Shown here: positions 6,842-16,392 of the stretch, one piece after another
Position numbering within the stretch: the first letter of the stretch is position 1
Layout: each line of letters starts with the position of its first letter
Assembly (NCBI GenBank): GCA_030591565.1
Contig: JAUVAU010000002.1
Location: forward strand, 12,856 to 76,855
Direction of reading: 5' to 3'
Source of the DNA: Deltaproteobacteria bacterium
Lineage (GTDB): Bacteria; Desulfobacterota; Deferrisomatia; Deferrisomatales; BM512
DNA: 64,000 bases
The notes under the pieces: model-generated
Seen by the model: the letters and a program-made list of their open reading frames with translations, nothing else
Database searches by the model: none
What the model was told of the DNA's origin: nothing
Made by a program: the position numbers and the translations under genes

Positions 6842-9298
6842 ATGTCTGAAGCCAATCTTCCAGGCGGATCCGACTCTGACGAGGGCAAGACCGGACCTCT
6901 AGAGTCGCAGCCAGTGGAAATACCGGATGAGCTGCCGCTTCTGCCCGTGCGCGATGTGGTCATCTTTCCATATATGATCCTGCCGCTTTTTGTGGGTAGG
7001 GACAAGTCGGTGGAGGCGGTGGATCAGGCGCTGGCCGGAAACCGGATGATATACCTCAACACTCAGTTGGAAATGGGGACTGAGGACCCGGACGAGTCCG
7101 AGTTGCATGAAACCGGTACGGTGGCGCTCATCATGCGCATGTTGAAGCTCCCCGATGGCAGGGTTAAAATCCTGATCCAGGGGCTCAGCCGGGCCAAACG
7201 CCTTGAGCTCATCTCCGAGGAAAAATATACGAACGCCAGGATTGAGGTCTACGAGGAGGACGCCGGGGCCGAAGTGGACTTCGAGACCGAGGCGCTCATG
7301 CGCTCGGTGCGCGAGAAGCTCGAAGAGGTTATAAACCTCGGTAAGGCGATCTCCACCGACATCATGATGGTGCTGGAGAATGTTGAAGAGCCCGGCAGGC
7401 TAGCCGATATCGTCGCTGCCAATCTTACCTTGAAGATTCCCGACGCCATGGAGATTCTCGCCGAGAAAGAGCCCAAGAGCAGGCTGGGGCTGGTCCATAT
7501 GCTGCTCGACCGGGAGCTCCAGGTGATGGCGGTCCAGGAAAAGATAAAGTCAGCTGCCAAGGAAGAGATGAGCAAGAGCCAGCGCGAGTATTTTTTGCGC
7601 CAGCAGATGAAGGCGATCCAGGATGAGCTGGGCATCTCGGACGAGCATGGCGAAGAGCTGATTGAGCTGGATGAGCGTATCAACAAGGCGCGGCTCTCCA
7701 AGGAGGCCAAGGTCGAGGCGTTAAAGGAGCTAAAGCGCCTGAAAGATATGAGCCCCGCTTCCGCCGAGGCGGCAGTGATCCGCACCTATATCGAAACCCT
7801 GATCGAGCTGCCGTGGAAGAAGACCACGAGGGACAGGTTGGACCTCATTCGCGCCAAGGAGGTGCTGGACGAGGACCACTACGACCTGGAGAAGGTGAAG
7901 GACCGTATCCTCGAACACCTAGCGGTGAAGCAGCTAAAGCCCAGCGCCAAGGGGCCGATACTCTGCTTTGTCGGCCCTCCCGGAGTTGGCAAGACAAGTC
8001 TGGGCAAATCCATCGCGCGGGCGATGGGGCGCAAGTTCATTCGCATCTCGCTCGGGGGCGTGAAGGACGAGGCGGAAATAAGGGGACATCGGCGTACCTA
8101 CGTTGGAGCCATGCCCGGCAGGATAATGCATGGGTTGAAAAAAGCAGGTGTCGCCAACCCGGTGTTCATGTTGGATGAACTTGACAAGATAGGGCAGGAT
8201 TTTAGGGGCGACCCGGCGTCGGCGCTGCTCGAAGTGCTTGATCCCGCCCAGAACGATTCCTTTGAGGACCATTATATAAATGTGCCCTACGATCTGTCGC
8301 GTGTGATGTTCGTCTGCACGGCGAATATAATCGATCCCATACCCCCGGCGCTGCTCGATCGCATGGAGGTGATAAGGCTTTCCGGCTATACGCGGGAAGA
8401 GAAGCTCAAGATCGGGCGTCGCTACATCGTCCCCAGGCAGATGGGGGAACAGGGTGTCAACGAGAAGATGATAAGTTTCACCGATGAAGCGCTCGGCGTG
8501 GTGATCGATCAATACACGCGTGAGGCGGGACTCAGGAACTTCGAGCGCGAGGTGGCGAACATCTGTCGCAAGGTGGCTCGAAAAGTTGCTGAGGGTGAAA
8601 ACAAGCTCCACCGCATCGGCAAGAGAAACGTCAGCACCTATCTCGGCTCCCCAAGATTCATCAAGGAGACGGAGATCTACGGTGACGAGGCTGGTGTGGC
8701 GCTGGGGCTGGCCTGGACCCAGGCTGGAGGCGAGCTGCTCCATATCGAAGTGGCCACGGTCAAGGGGACGGGCAAGTTGAAACTCACCGGCCATCTCGGA
8801 GAGGTGATGAAGGAGTCTGCCCACGCTGCGCTCAGCTGGGTCCATTCCTCCTACGAGCAATTTGGCGGAGAGCCGGAGTTCTTCTCCAATCATGACGTCC
8901 ACATCCACGTGCCGGCGGGGGCGATCCCCAAGGATGGCCCTTCGGCTGGTATCACGATTGCCACCGCGCTGCTCTCCCTCGCCACGGGCAGGCCGGTGGA
9001 CCACTCGCTGGCGATGACCGGGGAGATTACGCTCAGGGGCAGGGTCTTGCCCATTGGCGGATTGAAAGAGAAATGCCTCGCCGCCATGAGGGCCGGGCTG
9101 AAAAAAGTGATAATGCCTGCGCGCAACTCTGCGGACGCCAAGGAGCTGCCCCCCAAGGCGCAAAAGGCGCTTGAGTTGCATTTCGTCTCCACCATGGAAG
9201 AGGTAGCCGCCTTGGCGCTCAAGCCCGCACCCAAAGGAAAATCCAAAGGAAAATCCAAGGGAAAACCCAAGGGCAGGAAAAAGGTTTCGGCAAAGTGA
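6842..9298 (+). CDS. lon: ATP-dependent Lon protease (LonA) with an unusual Lys/Gly-rich C-terminal tail
   Basis: N-terminal LON domain (LPLLPVRDVVIFPYMILPLFVGR), Walker A GPPGVGKTSLGKSIA, and protease domain with the catalytic Ser context PKDGPSAGIT. GTG 6839 or ATG 6842 could be the start. Confidence 0.95.
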   Translation: MSEANLPGGSDSDEGKTGPLESQPVEIPDELPLLPVRDVVIFPYMILPLFVGRDKSVEAVDQALAGNRMIYLNTQLEMGTEDPDESELHETGTVALIMRMLKLPDGRVKILIQGLSRAKRLELISEEKYTNARIEVYEEDAGAEVDFETEALMRSVREKLEEVINLGKAISTDIMMVLENVEEPGRLADIVAANLTLKIPDAMEILAEKEPKSRLGLVHMLLDRELQVMAVQEKIKSAAKEEMSKSQREYFLRQQMKAIQDELGISDEHGEELIELDERINKARLSKEAKVEALKELKRLKDMSPASAEAAVIRTYIETLIELPWKKTTRDRLDLIRAKEVLDEDHYDLEKVKDRILEHLAVKQLKPSAKGPILCFVGPPGVGKTSLGKSIARAMGRKFIRISLGGVKDEAEIRGHRRTYVGAMPGRIMHGLKKAGVANPVFMLDELDKIGQDFRGDPASALLEVLDPAQNDSFEDHYINVPYDLSRVMFVCTANIIDPIPPALLDRMEVIRLSGYTREEKLKIGRRYIVPRQMGEQGVNEKMISFTDEALGVVIDQYTREAGLRNFEREVANICRKVARKVAEGENKLHRIGKRNVSTYLGSPRFIKETEIYGDEAGVALGLAWTQAGGELLHIEVATVKGTGKLKLTGHLGEVMKESAHAALSWVHSSYEQFGGEPEFFSNHDVHIHVPAGAIPKDGPSAGITIATALLSLATGRPVDHSLAMTGEITLRGRVLPIGGLKEKCLAAMRAGLKKVIMPARNSADAKELPPKAQKALELHFVSTMEEVAALALKPAPKGKSKGKSKGKPKGRKKVSAK
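9231..9278 (+). repeat. 12-bp tandem repeat x4 (CCAAAGGAAAAT, degenerating) inside the lon 3' end
   Basis: ccaaaggaaaat ccaaaggaaaat ccaagggaaaac ccaagggcagga, read directly from the sequence. It encodes PKGKSKGKSKGKPKGRKK. Confidence 0.8.
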
Positions 9299-10308
9299 AG
9301 ATAGGCGAGATCGGGGAGTTCGGGCTGCTGGACAAACTCGGGCTGTACAAACGACAGTTCGCCAACGGCTGGATCGGGCCGGGAGACGACTGCGCGGTTA
9401 TTCCCTTTTGCAATTCCAATCTCTCGATTTCAACTGATCTGCTCGTGGAGGATGTTCACTTCCGGCGCTCTACTGCCAGTGCCTTGGATATCGGCTACAA
9501 AGCGTTGGCGGTCAACTTGTCCGACCTCGCCTCCATGGGAGCCCGCCCGTTAGGCTTTGTCATGGGAGCAGCCTTTCCCCGTGATCTGGAGGTCGGATGG
9601 GTCAGTGAAATGTTGGAAGGGTTGGACCAATGTGGAGAGGAGTTCGGGTGCCCGCTGGTTGGTGGGGATACTTCCAGGAGCGATAAGATCACCTTATCCA
9701 TTACTGTTTTTGGTGAGAGCGGGGGCAAGCGCGAGGGATGGAATCCTGTCATGCGCTCCGGCGCCAACCCCGGCGATGTCGTCATGCTCACCGGCTTCAC
9801 CGGGGAGAGCGGTGCGGGGCTGGCAGCCCTGGAGAAGGGGGCAAATAAAAGCGGGGACAGCACTTGCGCTACACTTCTCCTTCGCCACCTGCGACCCACT
9901 CCAAGAATTATCTTCGGTGTCGCCTTGGCCCAATCTGAACTCGCAACGAGTATGATCGATCTTTCCGATGGCATGATTTTAGACGCCACCCACATAGCCA
10001 ACAGGAGTGGAGTGGGGATCGTGTTGGACTCCGAGCGAGTTTCCCTTTCGGAAGCGTTGCGGGCGGGTTGTGAGGGGCTGGGGCTGAACCCCCTTGAGTT
10101 GGCGTTGACGGGAGGGGAAGATTACGAATTACTCTTCACCGTGCATCCCGGGGCGGTCGAACGGGTAATCGCCCTTGGCGAAAGGCACGAACTTCGGGTC
10201 ACTGCAATAGGGGAAGTAAAGAACGGCTCCGAGGTGGAAGTCACCGGAGCCGGGGCTAAATATATTAAAAATTCAAAGGGTTATGACCACTTCAAGGGGG
10301 GCGGTTAG
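9295..10308 (+). CDS. thiL: Thiamine-monophosphate kinase ThiL
   Basis: AIR-synthase-like fold motifs: GDDCAVI, STDLLVEDVHF, ALAVNLSDLASMGARP, GGDTS, DLSDG, LTGGEDYELLFT. The GTG start overlaps the lon stop. Confidence 0.9.
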   Translation: MKIGEIGEFGLLDKLGLYKRQFANGWIGPGDDCAVIPFCNSNLSISTDLLVEDVHFRRSTASALDIGYKALAVNLSDLASMGARPLGFVMGAAFPRDLEVGWVSEMLEGLDQCGEEFGCPLVGGDTSRSDKITLSITVFGESGGKREGWNPVMRSGANPGDVVMLTGFTGESGAGLAALEKGANKSGDSTCATLLLRHLRPTPRIIFGVALAQSELATSMIDLSDGMILDATHIANRSGVGIVLDSERVSLSEALRAGCEGLGLNPLELALTGGEDYELLFTVHPGAVERVIALGERHELRVTAIGEVKNGSEVEVTGAGAKYIKNSKGYDHFKGGG

Positions 10309-10313
10309 TAGCT

Positions 10314-10559
10314 CTAGCGACTGTTGAAAAACCCCGGATATCCTCCGATTGACGTTGTCAGGGGCGAAAAATGATCCTCGAAATACTTATCGGTATGCCT
10401 GCGGTCATTTTTCTTCCCTTCCTAGCCCTCGAAGGATCTTCGGGGTTTCCAGTTTATCGTCGGCTTACCTGGAGGTTTACCCGACATCGGCTAAAATCTC
10501 CGGTTAGCCTGGTTTAGCGTTACTCCCCCGCTTCGGGAGAGTTTTTCAACAAGCTCCTA
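10314..10559 (+). mobile_element. MITE-like non-autonomous repeat, copy A
   Basis: Near-identical over its first ~130 nt to 58706-58936, and to the reverse complement of 57549-57853. Terminal inverted repeats (C)TGTTGAAAAAC...GTTTTTCAACA(AGCT). It fills the thiL/meaB convergent intergenic gap and has no coding capacity. Confidence 0.7.
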
Positions 10560-11504
10560 CATGTCTACCTTCAGGTGTTCCATCAAGGTCTCCGCTGCGC
10601 TGTAGGGGTCGGTTTCCCGCTTCTTGAGGGCCTCGGTAAGCATGGCGTATTTCTTCGCCCCACCCGCCGCAGTGTTAATCTTTTCGTAGGCCATTTCCTT
10701 TACAAGCTCTTTAAAGAAGTGGAGTTCGCGCTCCTCGACACGGGTGTCGAGAATTCCCGTTGACACCAGATGGTCGCGGTGCTCAAGGAATGCGTCCACC
10801 AACTCGATGATCCCCTCGGATTTTGAGGCGATAGTCTTCAGTACCGGGGGAGTCCAGTTGGTCGCGGAGTAGTCGCGCATCTCAAGCATTACCTGTAGCT
10901 GCCGGACCACATCGTCGGAACCGACCCTGTCCGCCTTGTTGACGATGAAGATGTCACCAATTTCTAGTATCCCGGCCTTCATTGCCTGAATATCGTCGCC
11001 CATTCCGGGCAGGCTGACCACCGCCGTGGTGTGAGCCAAATCTACTATCTCCACCTCATCCTGCCCGACGCCGACCGTCTCCACCAGAACAATGTCGTAG
11101 CCCATTGCGTCCAAGACCAGGGCTGCCTGAAAGGTGGCTCTGGAAAGCCCCCCAAGGTGTCCACGGGTCGCCATCGAGCGCACAAAGACGCCTTCATCGG
11201 TGGCGTGGCGCTGCATGCGCACCCGGTCGCCGAGAATGGCCCCGCCGGAAAAGGGGCTGGAGGGGTCGATGGCGATCACGCCGACTTTTTTGCCCCGGCC
11301 CCGAAACTCGGTGATGATCCTGTCCACGAGGGTGGATTTACCCGCACCCGGAGGGCCGGTGATGCCGATCATGAACGCCTGTCCTGCGTGGGGGTAGATC
11401 TTTTTCAGACCCTCGATGCCCGCAGGGTCGCCCTCTTCCAAAAGTCTTATCAGCCGCGCGCCAGCCAGCACGCTGCCGTTCAATGCTTCCTGTGCGTAAT
11501 CCAT
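10557..11504 (-). CDS. meaB: MeaB/ArgK-type G-protein chaperone of B12-dependent acyl-CoA mutase
   Basis: P-loop GPPGAGKSTL, the ..VETVGVGQ.E switch motif and NKAD specificity motif. It lies immediately downstream of the mutase subunits. Confidence 0.9.
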   Translation of the reverse strand: MDYAQEALNGSVLAGARLIRLLEEGDPAGIEGLKKIYPHAGQAFMIGITGPPGAGKSTLVDRIITEFRGRGKKVGVIAIDPSSPFSGGAILGDRVRMQRHATDEGVFVRSMATRGHLGGLSRATFQAALVLDAMGYDIVLVETVGVGQDEVEIVDLAHTTAVVSLPGMGDDIQAMKAGILEIGDIFIVNKADRVGSDDVVRQLQVMLEMRDYSATNWTPPVLKTIASKSEGIIELVDAFLEHRDHLVSTGILDTRVEERELHFFKELVKEMAYEKINTAAGGAKKYAMLTEALKKRETDPYSAAETLMEHLKVDM

Positions 11505-11516
11505 TCCAAGCCTTTT

Positions 11517-11906
11517 CTAGCCGATAATTTCTTTGATCTTTGCAAGGATCTCGTCCAGGGGAGTTCCGGGTCGGAAGAGCGCCTTCACGCCCTTTTCCAT
11601 CAGGGGCGGTATATCATCCTCGGGGATGGTGCCGCCGCCGAAAACCGGAATCTCGCCGATTCCCTTGGCCTTCATCAACTCCACCACCTCGGTGAAAACG
11701 TAGTTGTGGGAACCGGAAAGCACCGAGATGCCCACCGCGTCCACTGCTTCCTGGAGCGCAGAGGTGACGATCTGCTCCGGCGTCTGGTGCAGCCCGGTGT
11801 AGACGACCTCGAAGCCGGACTCCTGTAAAAATTTTGCAATTACCTTTGCGCCCCGGTCGTGGCCGTCAAGGCCGGGTTTTGCAATAAGGACTCTGTACTT
11901 TTTCAT
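11517..11906 (-). CDS. icmB: Acyl-CoA mutase small subunit, cobalamin-binding domain (IcmB-like)
   Basis: B12-binding signature KPGLDGHDRGAKVIA (DxHxxG), ..GISVLSGSH.. The 129-aa size matches the separate small subunit of split mutases. Confidence 0.8.
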   Translation of the reverse strand: MKKYRVLIAKPGLDGHDRGAKVIAKFLQESGFEVVYTGLHQTPEQIVTSALQEAVDAVGISVLSGSHNYVFTEVVELMKAKGIGEIPVFGGGTIPEDDIPPLMEKGVKALFRPGTPLDEILAKIKEIIG

Positions 11907-11927
11907 GAGGTTAAATCCGTCAAAAGT

Positions 11928-13604
11928 TTAGAAGACCGCAGGGTCTTCGTAGGCTCCGTAAACAGCTACTATCGACTGGCATATCTCGCCGAGCAGCGCA
12001 TATTCGCGTACCGCCTCCAAAATCGGCTCCATGAGATTATCGCCTGAGCGGGCCGTGTCGCGGATGCGGTCAAGGCACGCATCGACCTTGGCGTTGTCGC
12101 GATTGAGTTTGGTGTCCTCTATGCGCTCAATCTGGCGGCGCTCTACTTCGTCATCCACCTTGAGGAGGGGGATGGGAGACTCTTTTTCCGCAATGTACTT
12201 ATTGACGCCTACTATGACCTCTTCGCCTGTCTCGACCGATTTTTGATACTCCATCGAAGCACGCATGATCTCGCTCTGTGGGTAGCCCGCATCCACCGCG
12301 GCAACCATTCCGCCCAGATCGTCGATCTTCTGGATATACTCAACCGCCGCCTGCTCCATCGCGTCGGTGAGCGCCTCCACATGGTAGGAACCGGCCAGGG
12401 GATCAATCGTGTTCGCTACCCCGGTCTCGTTGGCGAGTATCTGCTGGGTGCGCAGCGCGACGGTGACCGCCTCCTCGGTGGGAAGGGCCTCGGCCTCGTC
12501 AAAGGAGTTGGTGTGCAGGCTCTGGGTTCCGCCAAGGACCGCTGAGAGCGCCTCGTAGCCGGTGCGGACGATATTATTCAGCGGCTGCTGGGCGGTGAGG
12601 CTGCACCCCGCTGTCTGCGTGTGGAATCTGAGCCACATCGATTTCGGGTTCTTCGCGCCAAACCGCTCCTTCATGATCTTTGCCCACAGCCGTCTGGCCG
12701 CCCTGAACTTCGCGATTTCCTCAAAGAAGTCCATGTGCGCATCGAAGAAGAAGGAGAGATGGGGGGCAAAAGAGTCCACATCCATCCCGCGCTCAATGGC
12801 CGCCTCAACATAGGCGATGCCGTCGGCCAGGGTGAAGGCCAGCTCTTGCTGCGCGGTGGAGCCGGCCTCGCGGATGTGGTAGCCGGAGATGGAGACGGGA
12901 TGCCATTGGGGCACGTTCTTGGCGCAAAACTCCATGGTGTCCACCAGCAGCTTCACGCTCTCGCGCGGCGGCCAGATGTAGGACTTTTGTGCGAAGAATT
13001 CCTTTAAGGGATCATTCTGGATGGTGCCACCGACCTTATCCCAGCTTACCCCCTGCTTCTCGGCCACGGTCAGGTACATCGCCAGCAGCGCCGGCGCCGG
13101 GTGGTTCACCGTCATTGAGGTGGTCACCTTGTCCAGCGGGATGCCGTCGAAGAGAATCTCCATGTCGCGCAGCGAGTCGATGGCGACGCCGCACTTGCCC
13201 ACCTCGCCCCGCGCCAGTTGGTGGTCGGAGTTCACACCCTTCAGCGTGGGGAAGTGGAAGGCGACGCTGAGTCCCGTTTGTCCGTTTGCCAGCAGATATT
13301 TATAGCGCTGATTGGTCTCCTCGGCGGAACCAAAACCTGAGAACTGGCGCATCGTCCAGAAGCGGCCCCGGTACATCGTGCTCTGCACGCCACGGGTAAA
13401 GGGGTATTCACCGGGGAAGCCGAGGTTCTTTTCATAATCGAAATCGGGGAGGTCTGTGGGAGTGTAGAGCCGCTTGATATCCAGGCCGGAGAGGCTCTGG
13501 AACTCCTCTTTGCGCTCGGGCCGTTTTTTCAGCCCCGCCTCGGTTTCACTCTCCCAGGCGGCGCTTTTCTGCTTAAGTTGGTCTCTCTTCATTTTATCGC
13601 TCAT
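11928..13604 (-). CDS. icmA: Acyl-CoA mutase large (substrate-binding TIM barrel) subunit with isobutyryl-CoA-mutase-type specificity residues (IcmA-like)
   Basis: Aligns throughout with the methylmalonyl-CoA mutase catalytic domain (..FTRG...[53 protein letters not shown]..). Positions equivalent to MCM Tyr89/Arg207 are Phe88 (codon 13341-13343) and Gln206 (12987-12989). Confidence 0.8.
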   Translation of the reverse strand: MSDKMKRDQLKQKSAAWESETEAGLKKRPERKEEFQSLSGLDIKRLYTPTDLPDFDYEKNLGFPGEYPFTRGVQSTMYRGRFWTMRQFSGFGSAEETNQRYKYLLANGQTGLSVAFHFPTLKGVNSDHQLARGEVGKCGVAIDSLRDMEILFDGIPLDKVTTSMTVNHPAPALLAMYLTVAEKQGVSWDKVGGTIQNDPLKEFFAQKSYIWPPRESVKLLVDTMEFCAKNVPQWHPVSISGYHIREAGSTAQQELAFTLADGIAYVEAAIERGMDVDSFAPHLSFFFDAHMDFFEEIAKFRAARRLWAKIMKERFGAKNPKSMWLRFHTQTAGCSLTAQQPLNNIVRTGYEALSAVLGGTQSLHTNSFDEAEALPTEEAVTVALRTQQILANETGVANTIDPLAGSYHVEALTDAMEQAAVEYIQKIDDLGGMVAAVDAGYPQSEIMRASMEYQKSVETGEEVIVGVNKYIAEKESPIPLLKVDDEVERRQIERIEDTKLNRDNAKVDACLDRIRDTARSGDNLMEPILEAVREYALLGEICQSIVAVYGAYEDPAVF

Positions 13605-13695
13605 CCGTGCGCTTTTCCCGACCCCGTTTCAATATGGGCTCAAGTATCGAAGTGTTTTAGTCTGAGTGCGAAAAATAACATAGCGTCGGTTGCCC

Positions 13696-14841
13696 TTAGC
13701 TCGCGCCGAGGACCCCACGGGAGATTACGATCCGCTGAACCTCGCTGGTGCCCTCGTAGAGGGTGACGGCCATCGCGTCGCGCATACATCTCTCAACCGG
13801 GTACTCGCTAACGTAACCGTAGCCGCCGTGAATCTGGATCGCCTCGCGGGTGACTCGCTGCACCATCTCGGTGGAGTAGAGTTTGGCCTTCGAGGCTTCC
13901 TGGGTGTAGTTGCGTCCCGCCTCCTTGGTCGCTGCGGCGCGAAGGGTGAGCAGGGTGGCAGCTTCGAGCTGGGTCGACATGTCGGCCAACTTGAACTGGA
14001 TCGCCTGAAAGCTGGAGATCGGCCTGCCAAACTGCTTGCGGTTTTTAGCGTACTCCGCCGAGGTTTCCAGCGCAGCTCTTGCCAGTCCGCAGGAGTTCGA
14101 CGCGATGCCGATCCTGCCGCCGTCGAGCGCCGAGAGCATTATGCGAAAGCCATCGCCGGGCTGACCAAGTATCGAATCGGATCCCACCCGGCAATCCTCA
14201 AGGATCAGTTCAACGGTGTCCGAGCCGCGCTGGCCCATCTTTTCTTCTTTTCTTCCCACGCGCAAGCCAGGGTTGTCGGCCTCCACGAGAAAGACGCTGA
14301 TGCCACGCTTGCCCGCTTCCTTGTCGCTCCTGGCGGCTATCAGGGTAACGCCTGCGTAGCTGCCTGAAGTGATGAATATCTTGGCGCCGTTAAGTATCCA
14401 GCCGTCACCATCTTGCTCGGCGGTGGCCTTCAGGCTGCCGGCGTCGGAGCCGGCCCCCGACTCGGTGAGCGCGAAGGCTCCGGCAACGTACTCGCCGGAT
14501 GTAAAGCGCGGGATGTGTTTTTCGATCTGCCCGGGGGTGCCGAACCTGTAGATCGTCTCACACACCATATTGGTGACCGAGGTGGTTACCGCGTGGCTCA
14601 TGCAGGCGCGGCCAATCTCCATCAACGCCAGCGAGTAGGCTACCGCGCCCATGCCGGTACCACCGGCCTCATCGGGGACGAGCATGCTCATCAGCCCCAG
14701 GTCGGCCATATGCCCAAGGGTCTCCTTGGGAAAGGTGGAGGTGCGGTCGGTCTCGGCGGCGATGGGGAGGATTTCGTTTTCCGCGAAACGCCTCACCATG
14801 TCGCGAACCATGCGCTGGTCTTCGGTAAATGCAAAATTCAT
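13696..14841 (-). CDS. Acyl-CoA dehydrogenase (short/branched-chain type)
   Basis: 381 aa, full-length ACAD pattern (..FALTE.GAGSD.. , ..GG.G.. , ..YEGTSE.Q..). It starts 15 nt downstream of the NapC/NirT-like cytochrome gene. Confidence 0.9.
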   Translation of the reverse strand: MNFAFTEDQRMVRDMVRRFAENEILPIAAETDRTSTFPKETLGHMADLGLMSMLVPDEAGGTGMGAVAYSLALMEIGRACMSHAVTTSVTNMVCETIYRFGTPGQIEKHIPRFTSGEYVAGAFALTESGAGSDAGSLKATAEQDGDGWILNGAKIFITSGSYAGVTLIAARSDKEAGKRGISVFLVEADNPGLRVGRKEEKMGQRGSDTVELILEDCRVGSDSILGQPGDGFRIMLSALDGGRIGIASNSCGLARAALETSAEYAKNRKQFGRPISSFQAIQFKLADMSTQLEAATLLTLRAAATKEAGRNYTQEASKAKLYSTEMVQRVTREAIQIHGGYGYVSEYPVERCMRDAMAVTLYEGTSEVQRIVISRGVLGAS

Positions 14842-14856
14842 CGTGGTCTGCTTTTC

Positions 14857-15471
14857 TTACAAAATCTTGCCGCTGTCGGTGAGCATCTGGTAATGACATT
14901 TCTGACAACGGTCGCGGTTACGTTCTTTCTGGTGGCACTCGCTGACAAAGCAGCTGTACATGGGCGGCCTGTTGGTCTGCTCCTCCGCCTTGTCGTGGGC
15001 GATATTGAAGTGGCAGTCCACGCAACCCAGGTTCACTTCAAGCCCCGATTGCTCGATGGGGGCTGCGAGGTGGGCCTTGTGGTTGATCTTGATAAGCTTC
15101 GACAGCTCTTTTTCAGAGCTGGCGATGTTGTTGTGACACTCGGTGCAGCGCTCTTCAGTGCGCTCGGTGGTCGCCATGTATTTTTCCGGGATGAAGGTAT
15201 CCCTGATGAAGGCGAGCACGTTGGGCGACGCCTTCAGCTCGGGATGGCCCGCGTGGCACTCGTGACAGGTCACCTGCTCGGCGGGGTGGTTCAGGCTGGA
15301 CTTCCACATATCCGTGATTACCGGGTGGCAGCTCGCGCATTGGGCCGGAGCGGTATTGATATAGCGTGCGCCCGTGATGAAGAGGACCACGCCGACCACG
15401 GCGAAGACCACTATCAGCCCCGCGATTCCTGCGCCGCTAAGACCTTTTATACGATCAATAAAAAATTGCAT
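14857..15471 (-). CDS. Membrane-anchored NapC/NirT/NrfH-type multihaem cytochrome c (5 CxxCH plus one possible CX4CH)
   Basis: N-terminal TM helix (GIAGLIVVFAVVGVVLFITG). Haem motifs CASCH, CHECH, CTECH, CVDCH, CQKCH, plus CFVSECH. Confidence 0.8.
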   Translation of the reverse strand: MQFFIDRIKGLSGAGIAGLIVVFAVVGVVLFITGARYINTAPAQCASCHPVITDMWKSSLNHPAEQVTCHECHAGHPELKASPNVLAFIRDTFIPEKYMATTERTEERCTECHNNIASSEKELSKLIKINHKAHLAAPIEQSGLEVNLGCVDCHFNIAHDKAEEQTNRPPMYSCFVSECHQKERNRDRCQKCHYQMLTDSGKIL

Positions 15472-15492
15472 CGCTTGTTTCCAGGCTCCTAA

Positions 15493-16392
15493 TTAGAGAA
15501 GCGGTATGAATTCCCCGCCAAGCACCACATTAAGGCGCATGGTCATAATGCCGATCATAACCAGCAGGGCGGCGAAGCCGTAGACCGGCACGCTCCTGAT
15601 CGGCTTTGCAGTAATCAATATGAGCGGAAAAACCTTGCCCATGAGAGTTTCCAGCACAAGAAAGAATGGTGCGAAGGCGCCAAAGAGCAACAGGCTGGCT
15701 ACCTCATGGGACTCGGCCTCGCCAAAATAGTGCACCCCGATATCCGAGAGGCTAAGGAACAGATCAAACACCAGCAGCCAGGTCAGCATCTTTCCCAGCC
15801 CTTCCAGCAGCTCAAAATTCACCTCGCCCGATTTAGTGAAGAGCTTGTCCCTTATTATCGTGACAAGAATCATCATCGCCACGCCGCTCACCAGCGCGGA
15901 GGTCAGGAAGAGGATCGGCATCATTGAAGAGCGCCACAGCGCGTGGGCCTTGGCGAAGCTCAAAATAAAGCCGGTGTAGCCGTGGACCATAAGCGCCAGC
16001 GGAATGCCTATCAGTCCGAACAGCTTGGTGCGGACCGCGTTTCCCTTGAACATGAAGTAGCCGTATATGATGCAGTTGACGGGGTAGAGGGTGAGCAGGA
16101 ACGTACCCCAGGAGATCGGGCTCGTGCCGTTGAGATAGATGAACAGGTGCCACGCCCGAAGCGGTCTGCCCGAGTGGATCAGCAGGAACATCGGGGCGAT
16201 CATAAGCAGGACAGTGGCAATCACCACGCCGATCTTGCCCAGCGGCTTGTATTTCTCGAAGCCGAATCCGTAGGCCAGGGTCGAGATAATGAAGGAGCCC
16301 GCGCTTAGCCCTGTCAGGTAGAAGTAGATGGCGATCGCGACGCCGAACGACTCTGCCTTGGGCACGGTATAGAGCAGAACAGATTCCATCAT
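15493..16392 (-). CDS. NrfD/PsrC/DsrP-family polytopic membrane subunit
   Basis: 299 aa, about 8 predicted TM segments, with the family-typical ..YFYLTGLSAGSF.. and ..SGRPLRAWH....GTSPISWG.. motifs. The start abuts the ferredoxin gene stop (0-nt gap). Confidence 0.85.
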   Translation of the reverse strand: MMESVLLYTVPKAESFGVAIAIYFYLTGLSAGSFIISTLAYGFGFEKYKPLGKIGVVIATVLLMIAPMFLLIHSGRPLRAWHLFIYLNGTSPISWGTFLLTLYPVNCIIYGYFMFKGNAVRTKLFGLIGIPLALMVHGYTGFILSFAKAHALWRSSMMPILFLTSALVSGVAMMILVTIIRDKLFTKSGEVNFELLEGLGKMLTWLLVFDLFLSLSDIGVHYFGEAESHEVASLLLFGAFAPFFLVLETLMGKVFPLILITAKPIRSVPVYGFAALLVMIGIMTMRLNVVLGGEFIPLL

